Source: Ascidiella aspersa
Lineage: Eukaryota
NCBI GenBank assembly: GCA_963924565.1
Contig: OZ004615.1
Coordinates: forward strand, 16,058,001-16,122,000
DNA: 64,000 nucleotides
Direction: 5' to 3'
The notes under the pieces were generated by a model that worked only from the letters and a program-made list of their open reading frames with translations, was not told where the DNA came from and made no database searches. Positions 30,701 to 43,000 of the stretch are shown in pieces. Made by a program: the position numbers and the translations under genes. Each line of letters begins with the position of its first letter. Positions within the stretch are counted from its first letter, which is position 1.

Positions 30701-33700
30701 TTAACTTGATTTGTTTGCCTTTCTTTCTGCTTTCTTAGTTTTTTCAAATCGGATTTGTGTGGTTGGTCCTTTGCGGAGAACTAACGAAAAAATAATACAC
30801 TTTTGATAAAAAATAAACACAATGATCGTGAACCAATAAAATCTAAAGCTTTCTATTGGTATTAACCTTGAATAAATTTCAAAACAAATTTAATTACAAA
30901 CTATTTCACTCTTACCTCCAGGGCAGCATTTGATCCATTTTTTCCCAATTCCTTTTGGGATGAAGTATTATTATTGGATTTTTTATGGCAAGAAAATCCG
31001 AGAATGTTACGACGAGCATTTGCCAATTTTATTTCATCATCGTGACGGGAACATGTTGCTGGTTTGTGTTTTCGTCTAGATCGGCCACCTCCTAATTCAA
31101 CAGTGTTGTAAAATTTAAAAGTGTGCTCAAAGTCTTCTGTGGTTAAACATTCGATTTTAAGGATGCCTTCCAATGAGTTTAACTTTGGCGAATCCTTAAT
31201 AATTCGCGCAACAATACGAATGCCAAGCGTCGGCTCTTCCACTTTCGGAGACCAAGCCCACGGATCTTTGAGCTTGTCGGATTTCGCATGGTGCTTGCTA
31301 TCACGCGGATCTGGAATCTCAGCGGTTTTGCGCATCTCGTTTTCTTCAAACCTCCAAACTTCGTTGACGGTAACTCCTCCGGTGTCTTTTAGCGGCAGCT
31401 TGATCACCATTCCGGCGTCACGCAGTTCTTTCGCGTTAAAACCATTTTTGAGCAAGAACCGACGACGGTCTAACAACAGCTGTTCGCGTTGCATCAAGTA
31501 GTTTCTCACGTACTTTGCTTGGAATCGGTAGACTAAATAAAAAATGATAAATTAACATTAAAATAAACGCTTTTTTGTTTAATATTTATATACCTAATAC
31601 CAGGATGACTTACCTAATTTATCTGCAATATTGCGCAGTTTTTGGGGGCTTATAGGTGAATCCTAAGATATATTAATTTGTGGTTAATATTAGACAAGTT
31701 TTTTTTATTGATATTCTGAAGACAACTTACATTTAAAAGTTCGCTGTTTTGATTCAACCACTGGTCGCTTACAATTTTATTAATATTTGGCCTTTTGAGG
31801 GGACTTGTCAGCAAACGAATGATCAACTCTTTACATTCTGTTTCAATATTTAAATATTACTACTTAACGAATGGTAGTTCTATTTTACAAACAATACTTA
31901 CCAGTTGATAGGCCATTCCGGAACCGTAGTTTATCGTTTTGAGGAGACAACATCTGCTTATATACATAATGCGATTTTTTACCTTCAAACGGAAAATATC
32001 CGTTTGTCAGTACAAAAAGAATGACTCCCCTGAAAAGCAAAATAATGTTCTACGTTTATTCAAAAGTTGTAATAAATATTTTTAAATTGAAAAACCAATA
32101 TACGTACAAGCTCCACATGTCAGATTTGATAGGATCATACGGGTGTTTGCGATCATGAAAAACCTCAGGTGCCACGTAGTTAGGCGTGCCACAATGCGAA
32201 GAGGTTACAAAGCTTCCTGTGTCTTCATTTCGATCACAGCCAGCTATCGAAAAACCGAGATCACACAATTTAACTTGATCATCGCCAAAAACCAAGATGT
32301 TGTCCAGTTTTAAATCTCTGAAAACAACCAATATACTATCAACCTATAACAAAAGGAATCACTGAATCAATATCTTAATAATACAGCGGTAAGAGTACAA
32401 TAGTTCCTTACTGAAGTTCATTAATTTTTTAGAAATGACGTCACCAGTTTACGTCATAAAAAAGAGGCGTCTAAAACAGGTAGTCTTCGAAAACCTGATG
32501 TTATCTTTTGATGCGGTGCATATATGTAACTGGAATTTTAGTTTAAGTGCAACTGATGAAATGGCAGGATGGCCCGGTGAAAAAAACACATGGTCTGGTA
32601 TAGAAAGAACGTACCTGCAAAAAATGTATTACCGTAAGCCGAGTCGGTAAAGAAATGTTTTTGTTATACCAGTCCATGCCCCTTTTTCATCGGCTTACTT
32701 TCACTACTGGCTATAGTATATATAAACCATAATAAAAAGTTAAGTCATACCTGTGCGCAATGTTTTTCCTGTGCAATTGCTGAACACCTCTTGCAATTTG
32801 CCAAAAATAACGACGAGCTATATCTTCCTCCATGTAGCGCTTTCCTGATTGTTTGGTAGAAATGTGTTCGAGAAATGTTTTGGTCAAATCCCCTTTGGCC
32901 GCATATTCGAAAACAAGAAATATTCTCTTGCATGACACGAACACGTCCAGCAACATAACCTGCACACAAATTCCATTCACAAGTTATATATATTTTAGAC
33001 ACAATGAAAACCTTGTTTTATTAGTACATACTATGTTTGGAACACCAAAACACTTGTTGCAGTTTGCTACTTCAGTTGGTAGGTATTTGGCAAAACCTCC
33101 AATACGATTCACTCCAACATCCGCATAAAATATTTTGATTGCAACCTAAAAGTATGAAGTACATTTCTCCATTAAAAATGATTCCTATAAAGTTTGTTTA
33201 CACAATTGTTTTTTTCAAATTGTATTTACCCAACAGTGTTATAAGATATATTTAAAAAATGAAACTATCTAATTAATATTTCGAGCTGTAAGAGTTTATA
33301 ATTAAACCAAGCAGTATTTGTAGTTACTTCAGACCGCAAAGTATAAATATCAGTCCAGTATTACGTCACATAGGCAAAAACGCAGACTCAGGGGAAAATG
33401 TAATTTGACTGAAATATAATCACGTGATCATTACCATGGCAATAAAACCTAAGGTGCTTAAAAATGGAAATTTATGAAAAAATGGCTACACATCATGCTA
33501 TAGACTTGAACTAATTTAATAAAAAAAAAACTATTTTTAACAAGATTACAAGTTAAATTAGTGTAAAACAAACAAATTAAACTTTTCTCTATTCGATTTC
33601 TTATTTCTTCAGTTTGAATTAATGATTTCTTTCTGTTTGCTGACCAACAGAACAATAAATATTAACTAACCTTGAGCGTCTCATTTTTCTTTTGCACCAA

Positions 33701-33862
33701 CTTCAACTTCTCGGTTGACCTGATCTTGTCCTTAGTAGGTTGAGCCAAGAATACTCTACCTGTGGCCCCACCTCCTAAATATTTGTTGACCACCTTGTAC
33801 CCGTGAACAGCACAGATGCTTCTTTCCTTCTGCAGAAGTTCCTTTCTAACCTGTAAATTCAT
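27712..33862 (-). CDS. Testis-specific serine/threonine kinase (TSSK)-like CAMK-group kinase with a long basic C-terminal extension
   Basis: Kinase exons 33671-33862, 33032-33145, 32751-32959, 32108-32317, 31902-32029 and 31731-31837 encode GGGATGRV, VAIK, HRDLKLDN, CDLGFS, HCGTPNYVAPE and PYDPIKSDMWSLGVILF. TSSK-like features are the HGY start of the domain, KYLPTE and PYDP. Phase-compatible exons continue at 31614-31662, 30916-31532 and 30651-30780, through several small exons at 29290-30265, to a last exon at 27712-28958. The tail exon structure is less certain than the kinase domain. Confidence 0.8.
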
Positions 33863-34797
33863 AGTTAACGCACCAGGAGCCACTTTATGGCAGCACAGAG
33901 CAAACAATCGCTTTTCGTATGATATAAATCACTTTTTCAACAGCTTTTCAAATCACCACCTTCTCTACAATCTCAAAAATCTCAAATTGTACACAAAAAA
34001 TTCTTTAAATCAAACCATTGAAACCAAATGTAGCACTGTGACGACACAATTATGTTTATTACCTCCAATTTACAAGCAAACGGCTTAGGATTGATACTAT
34101 AAGTGTAAATCACTGTGCTCTTTGGCTTGGCTATTTGTTGTTTTTCAATCAGTGTTGCAATTTTCAATAAGGTGCTGATTAGTTTGATAGTGTTACTGTT
34201 GGCCGGAACATAAGCATTTGTATTTCCAAAAAAGTTTTAGTGTAATTGTTCCGTTTTTGCTTCCCAATCTTAAATTCCTGGCAAATTTTTGACCTAGATG
34301 TGTGTTTTTTTGTATTTATTTTGAAATTTAGCTTGAATTAGGCGCAAAGGGAAAATAAGTAAGACGTTTCAACGTTGAACACATCTTCATTTTCCTTAAC
34401 TTGTTTCTGCAAGCAAAAACAGATATGGGCCGAAAAATTCCCCACTTTACTTATGCCTTTGATGCGAAAGGGGTTCAAATATGGCGTAGATTTTGGGAAA
34501 TGATCGAAACATATATTTGATAAATAGAATTTACGTAGATAATGTGTATGGCCATTTTATTACATTTTGGCCAGCTTATACGTGTTTGAAAAGCAAATAT
34601 TATCATTCTCCTAAAGACTTAAAATGGTTTAACCCCTATGGTTTGCTATACTTTTGCAAACTTTTACTCGGTAAATTTTTACCATGGCTTGGTCCGAGCA
34701 ATCACTGTTAAAACAGACTTTAAATCTGTAGTTTCAAACAATATGAAACACACTATTATGTGCCTAATACGCAAACTATTAAATCTAAAGTTCTGCT

Positions 34798-35350
34798 AGT
34801 TGTTTAGGCCTGATGTTGGTATGTTGGTTGGAGCAACATGCACAACAGGTCGGTGCTGATAGAGAGGCGTAGACTGCCTCAAGATTTCGCATTTAAATTT
34901 GCGGCGGTAAATACACTCTATTGACACTTGATTATTAGGCGAAGCTTATCGCGAAGTAATTGGTCGCCCGAAAAAACGCTGACTCCGCATTTAAAGCAAG
35001 CATTATAAATGTGTCGACGATATTCTGCTTTGAACATCTCTACTCGCAATGCTACCCTCCGTTAATTGTACGGTGGGTGAAACTTTATTCACGGCCTTAC
35101 CTCTCTGTGTGTATTACCGCGACAATAAAATGAAATACCATTTAGAGAATATTTGAAAAAACTTATTTGGAGAATATTTGCTATTTGCACGTGTTTCGTA
35201 TGTTGCTTCATTCCAACATATCAACACACAATTTTAAGTTGTGTAGGCCTGGTGTTGATGTGTTGGATTGGTAACACGCGAAACAGGTGCAAAGAGAGAG
35301 AGGTGTATATTGCCACCATATTTCGCATTTAAATTCGCGGCGGCAAAATA
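34798..35350. repeat. Diverged ~115-bp direct repeat pair (34798-34913 and 35237-35350) with an inverted partial copy at about 35185-35228
   Basis: Both copies share AGTTGT-TAGGCCTG-TGTTG...ACAGGT...AGAGAGG...TTTCGCATTTAAATT-GCGGCGG-AAA. Confidence 0.7.
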
Positions 35351-35407
35351 TGTTGTTTCTTAAGAGCATTTTGTTTAAAATGCAAGTCGAACGTGCCCAG
35401 TTTTGGA

Positions 35408-35823
35408 CAGGGTTGCCAGTTTGGATTTTTTAAAGCCAAATTTAAAAATTTTGGCTTTTTTTGAACGTCTTGAGATTTTTTATTGTAAAAAAAAATTCAA
35501 ATGAAATTTGGCTTTTTTAGGCTTTTTTTTGTTTCATTCAAAATTGCATGAATTTTATGTTAAGAAGAGATCAAACTATCACAAAAAGAATAAAATTACT
35601 AAAAAAAATGAACAAAAAGAGATAAAATACCAATAAAATTTTACAAACAGCGACAAAAAATTTAGAAAAATTGCTACAAAACGAAAAATTCAATGTACAA
35701 GCATGATCATTTGTATTTTTATTAATTTAAGGAAAACCATAGGCTTGTTAGAGTTTGTAGTAGATTTGGCTTTTTTTTGAGGTGAGTTTGGCTTTTTTTT
35801 ATTTTTTCCATCTGGCAACCCTG
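35408..35823. mobile_element. hAT-type MITE
   Basis: TIRs CAGGGTTGCCAG / CTGGCAACCCTG; perfect 8-bp TSD GTTTTGGA; internal TTTGGCTTTTT repeats. Confidence 0.9.
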
Positions 35824-36113
35824 GTTTTGGACGCGGCACAATGAAAGTCTTATACGCGCTTGACAATAAAGCGCAGCAGGCGTCAAGTCGCTTCGTCACT
35901 TCACGAGCTGGACAAAGCAAGCGAATATGAACAAATTCTGTATGGAAGTTTTTCTGCTGGTAGATGGCAGTCGTTAGCTACAGAGAGCTAAAACGCAATA
36001 TTTCAGGTTTTGCCCCCTAGTCAAAGGCACTTAGGGGTGCAGCCTCATAAACCTCGACATTGCACCTTCATACCACTCTACGCCATGTATAAAAATTTGA
36101 AAGTTCTACGATG

Positions 36114-36251
36114 TATGTCCCGAAAATAAATTTTCGGCCCATATAAATAGCGGCAAAAACAAGATATGTCCCGAAAATAAATTTTCGGCCCATATAAATA
36201 GCGGCCAAAACAAGAAACGACCCGAAAATGAATTTTCGGCCCATATAAATA
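36114..36251. repeat. 51-bp minisatellite, about 2.7 copies, each with an internal palindrome
   Basis: The unit begins TATGTCCCGAAAATAAATTTTCGGCCCATATAAATAGCGG and recurs at 36114, 36165 and about 36216. Confidence 0.9.
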
Positions 36252-37012
36252 TCAGGACATTTGCGCGTCTAAACCATGGCCCACTGGTTGGGAACCGCTG
36301 TTCTAAAACAAGTAGCCTTAAGAAACTTGAGGTTAGCGCTCTATCTTGTGCTACTCAAATCTTATTTTAAATGCACTAAACAGGAGAGCGGAATAGCCTG
36401 GGAAAATTATGTTCGTTATGAAAATCCATTGATTCACTGTCGACCAAAATCGATGTTTCAAGAACTGACCAACACAGGTTCTGTTTGTGAAGATATAAAA
36501 CAGTCAAATCTGTACATATTCTAATTTTATTGCTATTGGAACAAATGGAGTGCAAACTTCACAAAGTGCATGAGAGAACAACAATGGCGTCAACTAATTT
36601 CTATTATTTCATCCGGTGGAGAAAGAACAACAAATTTTGCTATCCAATTTGTTAAGTAGAGCCCAACAAACAGTTTGTTTAAGAAGTATGAATACATGAT
36701 TTATACAGAGTTGTACATGCAATTACACCAGGCTACAAATAAAAAAAATTAAAAGTTTGGAAACGTTTTCCGACAAATAATTTCCTTACAAAATACTTTG
36801 CAAGCAAGCTTCCCTGCCCTTTCATACCATACTCGCACACACAAAAAAACTTTCGATAATAAAACAAGTGGACAATAAATTTGTACATACTAGCAAGAGA
36901 AGGGAAAACAATAAAGCAAAAGCAAATTCTGTACTGAATAAGTGTAACAAGCGTCTATTTCAGCACTTTTTTTTACAAAAGGTTTTAAAAATTGTTCATA
37001 AATCCGAGCCTC

Positions 37013-40000
37013 TCAAGCGAAGAATCCACCTCTGCTGGTCATCCGGCCTTGTGGTCTGGAAGCTCGTCTCTGTTCTGCCTCCTCTCTGTACACAAGCGCT
37101 TGGACGGCCCGATTTACGTCACCTGCCAATGAGAAATTTCATATTAGAAGTTCATAAACGAAATTATGTCATAACTAAATTTTAATGAACTTTGAAGGGA
37201 AGCGCAAGTTTTTAGGATGATTTTGTCAAGTTTTTTTTTATGTTTTCCTCTTATATTAGTAATCAAGTCGATAAATTCGATACAAATTTTAATCGACCAG
37301 CGATCGTCAGTCCTTACAGTTTATCTCTTCTGAATATAAAATCTATACCTATAGATCACCGGCAAAATGGCAAAATATTTTAACTAAATATAAATAAGAA
37401 ACTTTTCGAGTTTTGCATTTTATAAACAAATGACAAAGGACCGATTTCGGCAGGAATCAGATTTAAATTCAATTTATTTTGTGTTCACTTTACGATCCCC
37501 AAAAAATAACACACGGACAGCCAAATAGCCTAGGAAACTAGTTCGCAAAATTTTCGAAATATGCCAAGAATTTTCCTACATTTTTCAAGTATTACTATAT
37601 TTCCTTTGCGCTAACCTATACCTCTTGACGTCATTACTTCGAAGTGCGAATCTAAGTCACGTGGATAAAAACATGACTTATAAAGTTTTTTTTTTAACTT
37701 GGACAAGCAAACATGACAAGCCTAGTTCGCGGTCCGATTTGACAAATCCATTAGCCAAACCACCAGTTACACCATAGTTTGTTGGCGGTGTAAGGTTTAA
37801 AAAGAATCAGGTATTAGCAAAATCACAACGTTTTTGTTTACCTTCAAATTCCGACAGAACGCTCTGGTTCAAGCTCAGGTCGGTGAAGCCCATCTCGATC
37901 AACAGCTCGATGGGGGAGGGGTTGTAGGGCAGAGAGGCCACTGGGGGCTGTTCGGGGGCCTGTGGGGCCAGGTGGAACTCGTCGTTGGCTTCCTCGGTGC
38001 CGAGCTGAGGGGGGTACAAGATCTGGGGCTCGTCCTCTTCGATTTGCACCTCGGGGGCCGCGGTGTCAGGAACAGGGACTGCGAAAATGGGAAGAGAAAG
38101 TAGTTTACATTCCGTTTAAGGTAGAATCACAATGTTTTTTGTTATGGTCGTTAGGCCGTAAACATTCTGCCAAAAAGCATAGACCAGTTTACTAAGAAAA
38201 CTGTTTTGGAAAGTAATCGCAATTAGTTGGGCTAGCTAATCGCATAACGCTAGTGCTCCACCCGGGCCACTTCAAGGACCAGTGATTTATGTAAAGTCCG
38301 CCAAGGCATTGTAGTGGACAGGTGAAAACGAACAATTTGGTAAAATAAATTTTACTTTTAAATAAGATGTTTTTCAGGACGGTCTTAATCTATTTTGGTG
38401 CTTAAAAACGGGATCATAAAAACACGGATGTTTTTTTAGCAGAGCACTGTTTCGTCCAAAAGCTGTTGTAAAAGTTCGGGTCAACTATTCAAAACGTTTT
38501 TGTGCCGCCATATTTAAAACATTTGTAAGCTAATATGCATGTGACAAAGTCTTACCAGTGATAGTGTCCTCTGGCTCAATAACACTATCTTCAGGTGAAT
38601 GAGGATAGGAGTACGCTCGGGGTTGAGGAACTGGAGCAGAGTTGGCGCCAGGGATCCAGGGCTCATCTTGGTTGACGACGGAGCGAGGAAGAGCAATAGG
38701 ATCAGTTGTCCAAGGGTGGTTGGGAGTGACCACCATCTGTGGCTGGATGTGGTAACCTTGGGAGTAGTCTTGGACGAGATGCGGCTGATTCATGTCAAGG
38801 ACAGATTGGGGAACGGGTTTAGGAGCGGCGACTGCTTCCACGACGTCTGAGCTTGAAGTTGTTGGTTGTTGGAATGCCTCCTGATCATCTTCTTCAATGT
38901 TGGCTGCGTCAGGATCAGCTCGGTCGTCGCTGCTCTGCATTTGAGCGTCCTCGTCCGCTTGCGGGGGAGCAACTTCCACGTCTTCTTCGTGCTCCATTTG
39001 CTCCTCTTGTTCTTTCGGTGGCTCCGCAACGTCTTGTACGAGGTCGGCGGATGCGGCTTCTAGGCTTTTTGTCCCGGTGGAAGTAAGACTCGTCGCAGCT
39101 GACTTGTCTATATTGTTGAAAAACAAATTAGAAGTATGCATTTGACTGTAAAACAGCAGGACAAATTTTGGATTAATGACTTTTTACAAGGCATGAATCA
39201 CCAATCAAATCTTGTGGAAACACATACTGAGCTAATAACTTTCTGTATTCAATATTATCAATATTTCGCTTACCTCCTCTTTCAGACCCGGAAAGGGGCC
39301 GAGTCACGTCGAAGCATTCGGGAAGCGGAATGACTTCGAAGTCGCTGACTTCACTCGATGCATCCTCTTCCGATGAGGACGAAGTCGATGAAAACTGCTC
39401 GTCTCTCAGACGATCCTCTACATCGTTTCTCTCTTTTTCTTCGTTATCTGCTGCTTCTTCATCAGGTTCGACTTCATCCTAAAATAAATACGTAAACAGG
39501 CAATTAACTCTTGAATATAGCATAAATAAATTTTTCACATTGCAAAAGAGCTTAAAAACAAGTTTTAACCTGTCCTTCGTCCCCAAGAGTATTAATGGAC
39601 TCAAACTTCTCATTTTCTTCGGAAAGTTGTTGCTCTTCTTCCAATGGAAGCTCTTCTAGAACTTCTGGTTGTTCTTTCACAGCTGCATCGGGCACTTCTT
39701 CCTGGTCAACTTTTTCTGGTAGGGACAAGCATCATTTAATTAGTTACGAAAAAGCAAGATCTAAATTAAAACACCATATAAATGATTTGTCGCAACTGCA
39801 GTAGGTGAATAAGTTAATACAGTTTGTTTGTTTCGACACTTGGATGACAATATGGCTTACTCAAAGCCCTTGGTTCATTAAAAGCTTATGCAATTTGACC
39901 GGATGTAAGACAGTGTTAGAGCACATATCTGGTAAAGGTTTTATATCACCTTAACTTTTCCTAATGTAAGTTATCGACAAAACTTGAGCAGTAGCTGCAC

Positions 40001-43000
40001 TTTTTAAAGTTTTAGGTGTATTTGGTTATGCAGCCGGTAGTTTGTGCGATCGGCTTATGAAATCAAGCTTGTTAGCGTTTGCATGATCTGTATTGTCACG
40101 AATAAGCTTTGCATAGATTTATTTGCATCGCTAACAAAACAGTGATATTGGTGAGTACTTTTACCTTGGGGTTCGTTTGTTTGGTCCTCTTCATTTCCTT
40201 GTTGGACTGGAGCACCAGCTGTGGTGGCAGTTTGATTGTAAACATATGAAGACTTCTCTGCAGGAGCCGCTGACGATATTTGCACATTACTGATGTCTGG
40301 TAAAAAATATTTCGTTAACAAGAAAACCTTGTTCGATTTACCAAAGAGTTTCAATAGAAAATGGTGACAAAATATTAGTTTTATGTTAGATTGAAAGTAG
40401 GTAGATTTGAAGAAATATTTCAGAAATTGCATTTAATTTCAATATTCGATTTCTGCAAAGCACTTGTTGGGAAAAGAGGTACCGAAATACAATCTGCCAA
40501 ATTTTATAACATCAGATTGCAATCGGCAAAATTATATCCATGTAAACATACAGGTTGAAGGATACTTATTATGTGCAACAGAATATAAACGTATTTATCA
40601 TTCAAAGGTTTCTTAATGAAAACTCAAGGAAATCAAGCCTTAAACAAGAGAAAGTCAAAAAGAAGCAAAGTCACCTCTACCGACGTCGGTCATTTCAAAG
40701 GAAAGCATGTTGGACAGTTCGTCCTCGTGACTGTTTTCATCCTTTTGGGAGTGGCTTCTTTGTCGGAACCAGTCGGGGTTTGATTTTACCAAGGATTGTT
40801 CTGCACAAACAGAATACCGAAATTTACGGGACAAGTCAGCTAACATGATCGTAATTTCGCTATGTTCTGAAATGGGGGTATACAACAACAAAATGTTTAG
40901 TGACAGCATAACATGGTAGTTCTTTTCAAACTACTTAAGGTTGGACAATGGAGATTAAACGCGCATGCGGCGTTATCAATCAGGGCCAATGGCGGACAAC
41001 TTAAATGAACCTCGAGGCAACACAATTAGTTAATGCGGCGGTGATCATATGGATGTGGACTTTAGTAGCCACGGTATACGAAAGACTATTTAAACATCTT
41101 GCTTACCATCTTCTGTGGTTAGTATTGATGGAGGGAGCGAATCCATTTTGGGTATTTCAGAGTGTTCCACCACACTGACACTGCACCACACCCTGCAAAA
41201 AAAGTAGTTTATTAAGATCGCTTAAACTTTGAAAATGTAAGGAACGGGTGACTATTTTATAACATACCTAACAAGCCCTGAAAAGTCTAAATCTATAGTG
41301 TACATTTGTAGGCACAAAAAGCAGCGTATTCAAATCAACTTACAAAGGCATAAGTAATAAAATTCGTAAATCTATGATAAGACAACCTATTTGGAAACCG
41401 ATCATAAAGCACGTGTAAGTCAAGTATAAAAAAGTCATGCAATTATTAAGTAAGTTTTTTTTAAGACAGGCCAACTCGCAAACAATATTTGCGTCTAAAC
41501 CTGGTGCCGCTGTTCCGAATCAGTAATACACTAGTCGTGGTATGGAAAAGGGTAAAATGAAAAAAAACGGGAGGCAATTGTGGTGAACCATAGAAATAGG
41601 TGATCCACGTGTTCAAGCTCCCTCCCTTAGTTTTACACACACACTAATAAACTTATGTCTTACTTAGGGCCGAAGGGCTGCCCTTTGCGGTGCAGTCTCC
41701 ACGACGAGGTGTAGGTGCAAGTATGCGCAGGTGCTGTATGTCGAACTGCGATCACGGCCGTTTCGTGTTGCTTTACGATAGGAAGGTCGAAGCTGGTCTT
41801 CTCCGGACCAAAGCCGTTGACCACCGCTTGACCGCTGGCATGGGGGCCTTCCCCTTCAGCGTTGGGGTCCACCGGGGTCCCGTTGGGGGACGGGGTCTCC
41901 TTGCGAAGCTGCAACTGTGCGAAGAAAAGTGCCATTAAAAAGTGTTTTGCATGTCAGATTTTCGGAATAATAATATTTTGTCGAGCAGGCCTAATACGCA
42001 ATGACGAATGTTAGTTTGGCAATGTAATATATTGTCCAGCATCTATAACAATCAAGTGATGTCATAATAAAGAATTGTACAAAGATGAGACCGGTGAATA
42101 ATCTGCCTAAATTGAAAATGCGAAATGCTTAGGTTTAGATTGATAAGGGCCGCCAAGAATGGAGACAGCTCTACAGCTGCTCATATTGGTCAACACAAAG
42201 GCTCTTGGGTTTGAGTGTGCTTCGTCCAACAAACTTTTAAAGCGAGTCGCAAGAAAAAGTTTGACAACAACTGGGATAAGTAATTGGCATACAATGGTGA
42301 GTTGAAAAGCAGCAAAATACCAAAGTATCAGTGTTCAACAAATTGGAAAAGACATACGTGACTGATTGACTAGTAGCCTGATAGTCGGGTCTTTTTCTTG
42401 AGTCTTTCGCTCCTCTTTGCAAGCCCTTTAAGTTTCCCAGTTTACGAAATGTTCCATATATTTGTACACTGTACAGTTTTGTTGGTATCGAAACAGACAG
42501 CCATGCTTATCCCTAATGACAACGGGCTTTACCTTAAACGTAGCTGATAATTGCATCACAACAGCGCTTAGATAGCGATGGGTAAGTATATATCTATTTT
42601 TAAATGGGTTTTGATAGTATAAAATAAGTTTTTTCATATTTGCAAGTAAAATTAAAAACGTTTTGACAAGAAAAGCATATTAAAACTCGGCACGTCTATC
42701 GGATACCTTGATTTTGTGATCCCAAGCCCTTGATCCCTCGTTCTTGAGCACCCAGTACTTAGTGAACTGCTGACCAGTGCCGACCGTGCTTCCATCCAAA
42801 AGGTTCTCGCAAATAAAGCTTGCTGCGAAATTTCTGTGAAAAGGAAGACGCAGTTGACGCATTACCCTTTTTCAATTGCAAGGGCGCTTTCTTAATAAGG
42901 CAGTAAATAAGCCAAATAGAAGACCACTTGGTTAGTGGTTCTGCATTTATAAGTTCAACAAAGTGATTGCATTTATAAATTGACCAACATGAATGCATTT

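Noticed and set aside
36114-36251. CRISPR-like array of palindromic repeats
   Set aside because: The context is eukaryotic, the would-be spacers are themselves repeated, and there are no cas genes.
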